Source: an uncultured Gemmatimonadales bacterium (GTDB taxonomy: Bacteria; Gemmatimonadota; Gemmatimonadetes; Gemmatimonadales; Gemmatimonadaceae). Taken from it: 64,000 bases of DNA. The translations under genes and the position numbers were made by a program. Shown here in pieces: positions 1-9,377 of this stretch. Under the pieces are notes generated by a model. It worked only from the letters and a program-made list of their open reading frames with translations. It had not been told where the DNA came from and searched no databases. The stretch lies in the NCBI GenBank assembly GCA_963850905.1, contig CAWKMU010000003.1, forward strand, positions 992,001 to 1,056,000, read 5' to 3'. Position 1 is the stretch's first letter. Each line of letters starts with the position of its first letter.

Positions 1-323
1 TCGAGTATGGAGCGGATTCGCTCCATACCGCGATCGAAATCAGACTGCAGTTCCTCGGACAGCTTCTGGCGCGTGGCCTTGTACGCCGGATACCGCTGGT
101 GCCGGAACGACCTCCCCGAGTCATGGACCCAACCGAGGAAGTCAGGGCGATGGGTCGAGCGCAGCCGCTGGAGGAAGTTGACGACGCCCCACGCGGCCGA
201 CGTATTCTCGCCACGGGCGGTGGTGAGCGGGCGGGAAATGAGTGCGTAGAACGCGCGGTAAATCAGCGCATAGCCATCGACTAGAAAGAGCCGAGGAGAC
301 ACCGGGGTCGACGGGCTAGCCAT
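1..323 (-). CDS. polA: DNA polymerase I, N-terminal 5'-3' exonuclease domain (partial, runs off left edge)
   Basis: My translation of the minus strand from ATG 323 gives MASPSTPVSPRLFLVDGYALIYRAFYALISRPLTTARGENTSAAWG...FRHQRYPAYKATR, with typical PolI LVDG..YRAF and YKATR motifs. Not in the ORF track. Confidence 0.93.
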   Translation of the reverse strand, partial: MASPSTPVSPRLFLVDGYALIYRAFYALISRPLTTARGENTSAAWGVVNFLQRLRSTHRPDFLGWVHDSGRSFRHQRYPAYKATRQKLSEELQSDFDRGMERIRSIL

Positions 324-383
324 GGAGGAAAGGTATCTGGTCGCGAACTGGCCGTTCAGCACCGGCCACAACAACGTGGTTCG

Positions 384-1304
384 CTACGCTTTCTTGCCGC
401 CCAACACGCCCTTCATTCGTGAAAAGAGCCCGGTCTTCGCACCGGGCGCGCGCGTACTCGCGGCGACGGCATCCCGAAACGCACCGGCGAATGCCTCGAC
501 GTCGGCATAACGTCCCGCCGGCTGCTTCGCCAAACCGCGCATCACCACTTCTTCGACAGGGGGCGGGAAGGTGAGCCCGGGCCGCGCCTTGTTCAGCGGG
601 GTCGGCGGCTGCGTGAGTAGCTGGGTGAACATCTCGCGCTGTGACTTGGCGACGAATGGCAAGCAGCCCGTCAGGAGATAGTAGGTGATCGTCGCGAGGC
701 TGTACTGATCCGCCGCGGGCGTCACCATCTCACCCGACAACGCTTCCGGCGCGACATACATGAGCGTGCCGACGAAGAATCCCGCCCGCGTCAAGCGATC
801 TTCCGCGGCCATGTCGGTGTCTGCCGCGATCCCGAAGTCGAGCAGCTTCACGCGTCGCGAGGTCGCATCGTACATCACGTTGTCGGGCTTGAGATCGCGA
901 TGGATGATGCCCGCCGCGTGCGCGGCGTGTACGGCGTTGGCAATCTGCCCGACGATCTCGACGACCTCATCGAGGGGCAGCGGCGCGTTGCGCTTCGCAT
1001 AACGCTCGAGCAGCTCGCCACTGGCCCACTCGATCGCCAAGAAGTGGAGCCCGGGGCCGGCCTGCCCAATCTCGATCGTGCGGACGACGTTGGGGTGGGT
1101 GACCCGAGCGCCGTAGTTGGCCTCGCGGACGAAGCGCGTCACCGCGGTCTTGTCATCGCGTAGCTTCTCGCGGAGCAGCTTGAACGCGACGGCCCCGTGC
1201 TGCGGGTGGGTCGCCCGAAAAACGGCCGCCGTGCCGCCCTCGCCGACCATGTCGCCAAGCGTGTAACCCGCCAGCGTCTTTCCTGAGAGCTGCTCTCGCG
1301 GCAC
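384..1304 (-). CDS. Hanks-type Ser/Thr protein kinase (kinase domain only)
   Basis: GEGGTAAV, VAFK, HRDLKPDN, DFG, APE and DQYS motifs. Confidence 0.92.
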   Translation of the reverse strand: MPREQLSGKTLAGYTLGDMVGEGGTAAVFRATHPQHGAVAFKLLREKLRDDKTAVTRFVREANYGARVTHPNVVRTIEIGQAGPGLHFLAIEWASGELLERYAKRNAPLPLDEVVEIVGQIANAVHAAHAAGIIHRDLKPDNVMYDATSRRVKLLDFGIAADTDMAAEDRLTRAGFFVGTLMYVAPEALSGEMVTPAADQYSLATITYYLLTGCLPFVAKSQREMFTQLLTQPPTPLNKARPGLTFPPPVEEVVMRGLAKQPAGRYADVEAFAGAFRDAVAASTRAPGAKTGLFSRMKGVLGGKKA

Positions 1305-1393
1305 GAGGGGAAACTAGAGGGACGAGGGAACGGACGCGATGCGCCCGACACGGTAGCTGGCCAGAAGGTAGAAAGTAGACAACGACCGGTGCC

Positions 1394-2557
1394 CTAAACA
1401 GGTCTACTTTGTACTTTCTGCGGATCTCCCTTCTCGGGCGCGGCTGCGTCCGCCCCTGACCCCTGATCCCCGACCCCTGGCCGCGCCGTTCTGGTCTGCG
1501 GATTCAAGTCGACCGCGTCGACAGGTAACCAGACGGTAAACGTTGACCCTTTGCCAAGGTCGCTTTCGAGGGAGATGTCGCCACCGAGGAAGCGTGCGAG
1601 TCGACGTGAGATGGTGAGGCCGAGGCCCGTGCCCCGTTTCCCGGCGTCGCCACGTGCGCCAGCGTTGACTTGCTGGAACTCCTCAAAGATCCGCTCCTGA
1701 TCGATCGCCGCAATGCCGATCCCGGTGTCACTCACCTGGATTGCCGCCCATGCGCTTGCGGTCCCAGTCGCACTCCCGGACGCGGCCGGGGCATCGCTAA
1801 TCCGGGCTGGGAGCATCGCCGGCCTCTGGACGGTCGCCGGCACCTCGGTCGCCGACACGACACGCGCTCGCAGTGCGATGGAGCCCGCAGGGGTGAACTT
1901 GACCGCGTTGCCCAGCAAGTTCACGAGAATCTGCCTGAGGTGCGTCGGGTCGGTCCGGAGCCGTGGCAGGAGAGGGCCCACACCCAGCGACACCGACAGT
2001 CCTTTCTCATTTGCCAACGGCTCGACGTCCGCAGCGACATCGAGGATGAACGGGCGCAGGTCGACCAACTCCGGGTGCACCTCGAGGCGGCCGGCGGCCA
2101 TCTTCGCCAAGTCGAGGATTTGATCCACGAGCTCCCGTAGATGATTCGCCGAGGCCTCGATGCGGTGCACCGGCGCGGCCTGCCGCGGCGTCAACTCGCC
2201 GTAGAAACCATCGCGCATGAGATCGACGAAACCGACGATCGCATTGAGCGGGGTACGCAGCTCATGTGAGACATTGGCCAGGAACTCGCTCTTGGCTCGA
2301 TTCGCACGCAGCAACTCCGCGGACAGCCGTTCCAGTTCACTGGACCGTTCCGCCACGCGACGCGTCAATCGCCGTTCGTGCGCGATGGACACCGCGAGCA
2401 CGACGAGCGAGAGGATTCCCAATGCCCAAAGCCCGACCCGCATGGTCCGGTCGCCACCCGACGCCGCGAGTGCGCGATCGGCGAGATACAGCAACGCGAT
2501 CACGAACGCGGCGACGGCTGTCACGACCAGTGTGGAGAAGCGGATCGGGGAGGGCAT
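1394..2557 (-). CDS. Membrane sensor histidine kinase (2 TM, HisKA, HATPase_c)
   Basis: FLANVSHELRTPLN H-box, NLLGNAVKF N-box, DTGIG, GTGLGL; two N-terminal hydrophobic segments. Confidence 0.92.
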   Translation of the reverse strand: MPSPIRFSTLVVTAVAAFVIALLYLADRALAASGGDRTMRVGLWALGILSLVVLAVSIAHERRLTRRVAERSSELERLSAELLRANRAKSEFLANVSHELRTPLNAIVGFVDLMRDGFYGELTPRQAAPVHRIEASANHLRELVDQILDLAKMAAGRLEVHPELVDLRPFILDVAADVEPLANEKGLSVSLGVGPLLPRLRTDPTHLRQILVNLLGNAVKFTPAGSIALRARVVSATEVPATVQRPAMLPARISDAPAASGSATGTASAWAAIQVSDTGIGIAAIDQERIFEEFQQVNAGARGDAGKRGTGLGLTISRRLARFLGGDISLESDLGKGSTFTVWLPVDAVDLNPQTRTARPGVGDQGSGADAAAPEKGDPQKVQSRPV

Positions 2558-2689
2558 GGGGGATTAGACGCTAGACGCTGGACGTTAGAGAACTAACCGA
2601 GAATTTGTCGCCGTGCACGGCGGCTGGCTTTTGTGTTAGTTCCAGCGTCTAGCGTCTAGCGTCTAACGTCCAGCGTCTAATCCCCCATG
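2555..2689. repeat. Palindromic element with (TRGACGY)n heptamer arms
   Basis: TAGACGC-type tandem left arm, GCGTCTA-type right arm, core GAACTAAC...GTTAGTTC. Confidence 0.85.
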
Positions 2690-3274
2690 CCTTCGTCCCA
2701 ACACGATCGCCTGATCCGCCTCACGGAGTTGCTGGCCTCGCGATCAGCGCGGCATGGCGACTTTACCCTCGCCTCCGGGCGGCGCTCGAACCTCTATATC
2801 GACGCTCGGTTGACGACCATGCACCCTGAGGGCCTGGCACTGATCGGACCCGCTGGCCTCAGCAGCATCCGCGCGAGTGCCTGGGGTCGAGAGGTGGCCG
2901 CCGTTGGCGGCTTGACGTTGGGCGCTGACCCGATCGCGTATGCCATCAGCTATGCGAGCGCGCTCGAGAGCCCCACCCGGCTGATCCGCGCATTCACCGT
3001 CCGCAAGGAAGCCAAGGCACACGGAACCGGGAAGCTCATCGAAGGACCATTCGAGAGCGGCGATCGGGTCGCGATCGTGGAGGATGTGATCACGACGGGT
3101 GGCTCGGCCCGTCGTGCCGTCGAAGCTGTTCGCGCCGCCGGCGGAGACGTCGCCGGCGTCCTCGCCCTCGTCGACCGTGAGGAAGGGGGACGGGAGGCGC
3201 TCGAGGCGGATGGGTTACAGGTGGAGGTGCTGGTGAGGGCGAGCGAGGTGCTGAAACTGTTGAAGGTCGGGTAA
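2687..3274 (+). CDS. pyrE: Orotate phosphoribosyltransferase
   Basis: GDFTLASGRRSNLYID, RKEAKAHG and PRPP motif VEDVITTGGS. Confidence 0.95.
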   Translation: MPSSQHDRLIRLTELLASRSARHGDFTLASGRRSNLYIDARLTTMHPEGLALIGPAGLSSIRASAWGREVAAVGGLTLGADPIAYAISYASALESPTRLIRAFTVRKEAKAHGTGKLIEGPFESGDRVAIVEDVITTGGSARRAVEAVRAAGGDVAGVLALVDREEGGREALEADGLQVEVLVRASEVLKLLKVG

Positions 3275-3375
3275 CTGGTGACGGGTTGGCCGGCGTCGGG
3301 TTCCGGGCGTGACCGCTGCGACAGTAGCGCGACACCATCCGGCGAACCGCATACAGGAACGGCCTGATGGCCGTC

Positions 3376-4251
3376 CTATGTGCCGGACGGGCGGCGAGGC
3401 TCCCGCAACGGCGAAAACGCGGCCAATACGCCAATGTACCTCTGTACGAGCTCGGCTCTGAACCGATTCAGCATCCGGCGCCCGTCATAGCTGTGCCGAA
3501 ATGCTGGGACGGTGAGGCCGAGGTGGCGCAACAGGTGCCGGCTCAGAGCCTGGGGCGATGAGTATTCGAGCGCCGTCGCTGCCGCCGCGAAGGACACCCC
3601 GGGATTTTCGAGCAGCGCGGCCGCTTTGACGAGACGTGCCCAGGACAGATAGATCTTCGGCGACGGCAAGCCGGCGCGAGCGAATCGACTAATCAACGTC
3701 GACGGTTCCACCGCGAATAGGCGGCCGAGCTGCTGGACACGCACCACCGATTCGCCCACGGCGAACACCGTCGTGAAGAAGCGCCGACAATCGTCGCTCG
3801 CACCAAGCAGATCCTCTCCCATCTGCGAGATCGCCGTGGTCACGATATCCGCAGCGGAGGACCGTTCGGCGAGCGCATCGCGGAGCGTACGCCACCCGTC
3901 GGAAGCTCGGGTGTCGACGACGGTGCGGACGCCGCTGCGACCGAGCAATAGCATTGCCGACGGCGCCCCGTCCGCCGCTTCACTCAACAGTGCCAGCGCC
4001 GTGACGCCCGGAAAATCTCGGACTATTCGGGTCAGTCGACCCTCAATGCGAGGCGTGTTGTTCGACTGGCAGCAGGCGACTGAGATGACGACGGCCCGCG
4101 CGCTGCGGCCACGTACATCCGTCATGACTTCGTCGATCGAATCCCAATGCGCCAGCTCGTACGCACCGGTTCCAACCGCATCCACGCGACGGCGCTCTGA
4201 TGCGGTCAGCATTGTCGAAACGAGCATGCGGGTGCGCATGGCCAGTACCAT
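3376..4251 (-). CDS. AraC-type HTH domain regulator
   Basis: C-terminal STLISRFARAGLPSPKIYLSWARL...LEYSSPQALSRHL resembles an AraC double HTH. Confidence 0.65.
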   Translation of the reverse strand: MVLAMRTRMLVSTMLTASERRRVDAVGTGAYELAHWDSIDEVMTDVRGRSARAVVISVACCQSNNTPRIEGRLTRIVRDFPGVTALALLSEAADGAPSAMLLLGRSGVRTVVDTRASDGWRTLRDALAERSSAADIVTTAISQMGEDLLGASDDCRRFFTTVFAVGESVVRVQQLGRLFAVEPSTLISRFARAGLPSPKIYLSWARLVKAAALLENPGVSFAAAATALEYSSPQALSRHLLRHLGLTVPAFRHSYDGRRMLNRFRAELVQRYIGVLAAFSPLREPRRPSGT

Positions 4252-4298
4252 GCGGACGGAGAGTCAGAGGGGCGTCAGCGAGGGCTGGACGCTAGAGG

Positions 4299-5276
4299 CT
4301 ATTTCGTCCGGACTATTTTCGCGCTCCACTCGGCCGGCTGATGCATGTATTGCGGCCTGCCATCGATCGTGGCGTCGATGTCGAAGACGGTGGCGGTATG
4401 ACTCGAGAGAAGCACGCCGGTCGCTTGCTCGTAGTATTGCTGGATCGTGCCGCTGCCAGTGGCGTGAATGGTCACGAGGTCGGCGTGGCGGCGCGCTTCG
4501 CCGTCCCACGACTCGCTTTTGGTGTAGCTCACCATGATGGAGGGCGCGCCGGTCGTTGGGTCGGGTGTCACCGCTCCGACCGTGCCAACCCGAATCGTTC
4601 GCGTGGTCAGGGGAATGCCGCCCAGGCACGACGCCCGTGTCAGCGTGTCGGTCCATTGCGTGCCAGCCACAAAGGACCGGGGCCGATCCGTTGCAAGTGT
4701 CTCATCCGCTTCGGCGGGGCCCGGCGGCGGACAACCCGGCACTGCCGCGGAGTCGCCCGGACGGTGAACAGCGCCCGCGAGCGTATCGATTCGCGCGTCG
4801 AAGAACGCGACCTTGACGTCCGCCGCCCCGGTGTCCGCACCGCTGCGCGGTACCGAAGGTGCTGTTGCTGGCGATTCGGCGCTCGGTGACGTGGGCGCGG
4901 CCGAGGACCGGCTCGCAGTGCTCGCGGCGGCCTGAACGCGCGCGCTGACCAGAACGCTGTACCGGACCTGGCCGGCGACGCGCAGGAGCGGCCCCTCCCA
5001 ATTCGCGTCATATGTCACCGTCGAGTGCGTCCTCACGGTGTCCGGGTGCGCAGCCGTATCGCGCGGTGAAGAGACGACACCGACGCTTTCGACATCGTAG
5101 ACGAAGTGGCCTGGCGCGTAACGAGGCGGAAGGCGCGACGCGGATGCCGGTGCCGGCCGCGGCGCGCCGGCCGCGGGGGCTGGGCCGCCAGCGGGTCGCG
5201 GTACGCACGCGACTACAGCCGCGGCAATCGCCGCAGCTGTAGCAAGCGTGAAGAGAAGGGAAGCACGACGAAACAC
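4299..5276 (-). CDS. Hypothetical secreted protein or lipoprotein
   Basis: From GTG 5276: signal peptide with lipobox-like VVAC, then Pro/Ala linkers. The longer track ORF overlaps rnpB. Confidence 0.55.
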   Translation of the reverse strand: MFRRASLLFTLATAAAIAAAVVACVPRPAGGPAPAAGAPRPAPASASRLPPRYAPGHFVYDVESVGVVSSPRDTAAHPDTVRTHSTVTYDANWEGPLLRVAGQVRYSVLVSARVQAAASTASRSSAAPTSPSAESPATAPSVPRSGADTGAADVKVAFFDARIDTLAGAVHRPGDSAAVPGCPPPGPAEADETLATDRPRSFVAGTQWTDTLTRASCLGGIPLTTRTIRVGTVGAVTPDPTTGAPSIMVSYTKSESWDGEARRHADLVTIHATGSGTIQQYYEQATGVLLSSHTATVFDIDATIDGRPQYMHQPAEWSAKIVRTK

Positions 5277-5293
5277 CGCACCCTCAATTTCCG

Positions 5294-5719
5294 GCCGCCG
5301 GTCTATAAGCCGGGTTCTGTCGGACACAAGATGCTGACTGCGTTCCCATGTCCGGACGGTCATTTCTCTCGGGATGCGGTCGCCCGCACCCTCTAGCAGC
5401 CTACCCGCGGCGTCTTGATCGGGGCGGGCCACCCCTCGCCGCATACTTGGCCTTGCTCCGACTGTGGTTTACCCTGCCACCCGCGTTGCCGCGAGTGCGG
5501 TGGTGCTCTTACCCCACCTTTTCACCCTTACCTGATCCCTCGATCGCTCGAGGGCCATCGGCGGTGTGTTTTCTGTGGCACTGTCAGTCACGCGAGTCAT
5601 GTTGCCATGCCTCCTCGTGCCCAGGCGTTACCTGGCAGCCTGCCCTGTGGAGCCCGGACTTTCCTCGATCCGTCGACCGAACTGTTCGGCCTCCGTGTCG
5701 CGACCGTCCGACCGGCGGC
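5294..5719 (-). ncRNA. rnpB: RNase P RNA
   Basis: Minus strand carries GAGGAAAGUCCGGGCUCC, AGUGCCACAGAAAA and ACAGAACCCGGCUUA; complementary ends GCCGCCGGUC/GACCGGCGGC form P1; TATATT -10-like hexamer at 5731-5736. Confidence 0.95.
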
Positions 5720-5737
5720 GTCTGGGGGGAAATATAA

Positions 5738-5995
5738 GGCGGGTTTGGGGTCTGGGGTTTGGGGTTTGGGGAAAAACAACGACTGGCCACGACCCAAACG
5801 GGCGGCCTTAAGGCCGCCCCTACATGTTGCTGCGGGCGGCTCCTGAACGGAATTCGTCGACCCGGTTCTACGACGTCGGCAGAGCACTCCGGCGGTTCAC
5901 CGTCCGCGCCGACATGTAGAGGCGGGCTTTAGCCCGCCCGCTGTTGTCGTGCCGTTGGTTGCTGTTCCCCCCAAACCCCATACCCCATACCCGCC
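5738..5995. repeat. Palindromic element with (GGGGTTT)n arms and a nested REPIN
   Basis: GGGGTYT tandem at 5741-5771, CCCCAWA tandem at 5967-5995, REPIN inside. Confidence 0.8.
5799..5940. repeat. REPIN-like doublet of GTAG-REP sequences, copy 1 (inverted relative to copies 2-5)
   Basis: GGGCGGCCTTAAGGCCGCCCCTAC...spacer...GTAGAGGCGGGCTTTAGCCCGCCC, about 142 bp. Confidence 0.85.
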
Positions 5996-6006
5996 GTTAT
6001 GCCCAA

Positions 6007-7119
6007 CTAATCCACCAACCGTAAGGGCATCACCAAGCAGAGATATTTCGCGGGATCGGACCACCCATCTGGCTCGATCGTCGCCGCGCGCTCGGGAGCC
6101 TTGAAAGTCATCTTCACTTCGTCGGTCGGCATGTATCGCAGGATCTCGAGCAGGTATGCGGCGTTGAAGCCGATGTCGAGCGGATCGCCAGTGTATCGGA
6201 TTGGCAGCTCGTCCTGGGCCTCGCCGAGATCGGGGGTCTGCACGCTGAACTTGACCGAGCCGGCGTTGAGGGACATCCGGATCCGGTGGGTTTGGTCGGA
6301 CGCGACGATCGCCATCCGGCGCAGCGCACCGGTCAACGCGCTCTTGTCCACCGTCGCAATGCGGTCGTTGTCGCGAGGGATCACCTGCTCGTAGTTCGGA
6401 TACGGCCCCTCGATCAGGCGCGTAAAGACGGAGGTGACCGGCGAGCGGAAACCGAGATGGTTGTCACCGCGAGCGATCTCCAGTTCCTCCTCGGCCGGAT
6501 AGAGGCGCCGTACCTGCTCCAGCGCTTTCGGTGGTACGATGAGGTCGCTCGACGCCGCAGCACCAGCAGCGAGTGGCTGATCCATCTTGGCCAAGCGATG
6601 CCCATTCGTCGCCACCATCCGCATGTGATCCGGCCGCAGCTCCCACAACACGCCGTTGAGAATCGGACGACTCTCCTCGGTCGACACCGCGAAGGACGTG
6701 TGCTGAATGAGCTTCTGCAGATCTCCGGACTTGATGCGCCATCCGTCCGTGAACCGGACAGCCGGGAAACTCGGAAACTCGTCGCGCGGAATACCGAGCA
6801 ACTTGAAGCGCGAACGACCACAGTCGATCGTGATGCGCTGCTCGCCCGCCGCCGCGATCTTCACGGGAGCTGGCACCAGCTCACGCGCGATCTCCGTCAG
6901 CTTCTTGGCCGGGATAGTGACGGCGCCCGCGATCTCGACGTCCGCGCTTACCTCGGTGCTGACCGCGATGTCCAGATCGGTCCCCGACAGCCGAATGCCG
7001 CGGTCAGTGGTCTCGAGTAGGATGTTCGCCAGCACCGGCAGCGTCGTCTTGCTGGGGACACTAGCCCCGACGGCCGTGAGCCCCTCTTGTAGCTTTTCCC
7101 GCGTAATCGTCAGGCGCAT
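6007..7119 (-). CDS. dnaN: DNA polymerase III beta sliding clamp
   Basis: MRLTITREKL..., GTDLD, VATNGHRLA, SRPILNG, C-terminal LVMPLRL; follows dnaA. Confidence 0.97.
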   Translation of the reverse strand: MRLTITREKLQEGLTAVGASVPSKTTLPVLANILLETTDRGIRLSGTDLDIAVSTEVSADVEIAGAVTIPAKKLTEIARELVPAPVKIAAAGEQRITIDCGRSRFKLLGIPRDEFPSFPAVRFTDGWRIKSGDLQKLIQHTSFAVSTEESRPILNGVLWELRPDHMRMVATNGHRLAKMDQPLAAGAAASSDLIVPPKALEQVRRLYPAEEELEIARGDNHLGFRSPVTSVFTRLIEGPYPNYEQVIPRDNDRIATVDKSALTGALRRMAIVASDQTHRIRMSLNAGSVKFSVQTPDLGEAQDELPIRYTGDPLDIGFNAAYLLEILRYMPTDEVKMTFKAPERAATIEPDGWSDPAKYLCLVMPLRLVD

Positions 7120-7309
7120 TCCTACCCCAGCGGCGGTTACAGTTGGCAACTCGATCCCGTGCATTCACGCCGGGTGAGCGGCCCCTCTCGCTCGTGTCGT
7201 CCCGTTGACCGAGGGCAATCGGTACACACGTCTCCGAGCACAGTTACCGTGGCCGAAACACTTGGTCCTTGGACCGGCGCATGCTTTCCGGACTCGGCGG
7301 CCACCGTCG

Positions 7310-7600
7310 CACACCAGTGCTCCACAAATCGTGTGGTGCTTCTACTACCCTTTTACTTAAGATCTAAATGATAGTAGTCGTAGTAGAGGCTGTGGATCGT
7401 GTGCAAAGTCGCGGTAACTTATGATCGCTGCAGGTCTTTGCCTAGTCTGGCCATGTCGAAAGCTGTGGGAATCGGCCCGACTATCCACATCGACTGGCAC
7501 TTTCCACGAGGACGCGTACCCCAGTCCGGAAACGCTGTGAACATACAGATGTTTATTTCCGCAGTTTTCCCAGCGTTGAACGCAGGTTTTCCACACGGCG
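7310..7600. other. Replication origin oriC (DnaA boxes, DnaA-trios, AT-rich unwinding segment)
   Basis: DnaA-box-like 9-mers at 7318, 7391, 7400, 7464, 7481, 7500, 7536 and 7587 (perfect TTTTCCACA); TAG TAG TCG TAG TAG at 7372-7386; AT-rich 7351-7371; lies between dnaA and dnaN. Confidence 0.85.
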
Positions 7601-8980
7601 AGCGAACTGGGTGTCGCGGCCAACCTCGGTCGCGACGCGATCGAGGCTATGAATGACAGTTGAGTGATCGCGGCCACCGAACGCGTTCCCGATCTCGACG
7701 AGTTGCAGGGACAGGAGCTCACGGCAGAGGTACATCGCGACCTGCCGCGGAGTCGTGAGCGCTTTTGTGCGCGTCTTCGACTTGAGTCCCTCGGATGTCA
7801 CGCCCCACTCACGGGCGGCCGCATCCTGAATGGTCGGCACGCTGAGGCCAGCACTCCGCTCGCCGTCGTCACCCTGGAGTCGCACGTCGTCACCCGCAGC
7901 CCGCAGCTTATCTCGGAGTGCTTCGCTCGCCACTTGGACAGTGATCGCCCGGTGACCCAGGGAGGCATACGCCAGCAGTTTGATAATTGAGCCCTCGAGC
8001 TCACGGATGCTCGACCGGACATGCTCGGCGATGAACCGAATGACGTCTTCGGGAATCGTGTGCTCGAGGTGATCCAGCTGCGCTTTGTGTTGCAGGATCG
8101 CGATGCGATGCTCGAGGTCCGGCGCCTCGATGTCGGCGACCATCCCCCATTCGAAGCGACTCACGAGACGCGCTTCCAGTCCCGGGATCTCGCTTGGCGG
8201 GCGATCGCTCGTCAGGATGATCTGACGGCCGGCCTCGTAGAGCGCATTGAAGGTGTGGAAGAACTCGTCCTGTGTCGCTTCCTTCCCCTTGAGGAACTGG
8301 ACGTCATCGATGAGCAGCATGTCCGTCTCGCGATAGCGCCGACGGAAGTCGTTGGTGGCGCGTACCTGAATCGACGTCACGAGCTCATTCGTGAACTGTT
8401 CGGTTCCGACATACGTGATGCGGGCATCGGGAGTGCGGCTCAACACCTCGTGCGCGACCGCCTGCATGAGGTGAGTTTTGCCGAGCCCCGTGTCGCCGTA
8501 GAGGAAGAGCGGGTTGTACGCCTTGCCCGGCGCTTGCGAGACGGCTTGCGCCGCGGCAGCGGCAAGCTCGTTGGACTTGCCGATGACGAAGTGCTCGAAG
8601 GTGTACCGCTCGCTCAGCGGCGCGACGTTCGCCCCGTTCTGGATCGCGGGGCGCTGAGTGGCGGGGGGCGCGACGAACAGATCCATCTGTGGTCGAAGCT
8701 TGCGTTCTTCGTGGACCTTGAACACGACGGTGACTGGCCGGCCCAATGCGATTGGGCCGTATGCCGACAGCAACTGCGAATGCTTCGAGTCGTTCCAATC
8801 AGCGGCAAACTGATCTGGCGCGCCGACCACGATTGTGGCCCCGTCGAAACGCAGCGCTTCAGTCGGCTCTAGCCAGGTGCGAAACGTCTGTTCGGTGAAG
8901 TCTTGCCGCGCGCGGTCGAGCAGGCGCGACCAGGCTTCTGCGGGGGTAAGAGAGTTGGATGGGTAGGCTACGTCGGGCAT
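7553..8980 (-). CDS. dnaA: Chromosomal replication initiator DnaA
   Basis: YNPLFLYGDTGLGKTHL Walker A, LLIDDVQF, FFHTFN, GGRDHSTV. Confidence 0.98.
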   Translation of the reverse strand: MPDVAYPSNSLTPAEAWSRLLDRARQDFTEQTFRTWLEPTEALRFDGATIVVGAPDQFAADWNDSKHSQLLSAYGPIALGRPVTVVFKVHEERKLRPQMDLFVAPPATQRPAIQNGANVAPLSERYTFEHFVIGKSNELAAAAAQAVSQAPGKAYNPLFLYGDTGLGKTHLMQAVAHEVLSRTPDARITYVGTEQFTNELVTSIQVRATNDFRRRYRETDMLLIDDVQFLKGKEATQDEFFHTFNALYEAGRQIILTSDRPPSEIPGLEARLVSRFEWGMVADIEAPDLEHRIAILQHKAQLDHLEHTIPEDVIRFIAEHVRSSIRELEGSIIKLLAYASLGHRAITVQVASEALRDKLRAAGDDVRLQGDDGERSAGLSVPTIQDAAAREWGVTSEGLKSKTRTKALTTPRQVAMYLCRELLSLQLVEIGNAFGGRDHSTVIHSLDRVATEVGRDTQFARRVENLRSTLGKLRK

Positions 8981-9001
8981 CGAAAATCGTGAGGGGCGGC
9001 G

Positions 9002-9030
9002 AAGATGGACCGCACCTGTGACAAAGTCAA
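9002..9030 (-). promoter_or_regulatory. Putative sigma70 promoter of dnaA with an embedded DnaA-box-like site
   Basis: Minus strand TTGACT-N17-CATCTT; TTTGTCACA (1 mismatch to TTWTNCACA) at 9017-9025. Confidence 0.5.
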
Positions 9031-9212
9031 TCGCTTGTGAGTGAGGGGTTCACGTTCAACTTGATCCATGTCTCGTGGCCCCATAGCTTTCGAGGCTCTG
9101 CAACACGAAATGCCACGGAACGTGCTGATCGGCGCCCGGTGCCATCAAGGTAACATCCCGAGCCCGCCAACGATGTTCTGCCGTTAGCCGATGATACTTG
9201 GAGTAGTGAACC

Positions 9213-9377
9213 ATGGGGAAACCCACATATCGCCCGCGTAATAAGCGCCGGATCAAGACCCACGGCTTCCGAACACGGATGGCCACTCGCTGGGGGCGAG
9301 AAGTGCTCAGCCGCCGACGCAAGAAAGGACGGAAGCGGTTGACGGTGCGACTCCCGAGCAAGTATTCGGGCGCGTAG
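9213..9377 (+). CDS. rpmH: 50S ribosomal protein L34
   Basis: My translation: [54 protein letters not shown]; divergent from dnaA. Confidence 0.97.
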   Translation: MGKPTYRPRNKRRIKTHGFRTRMATRWGREVLSRRRKKGRKRLTVRLPSKYSGA

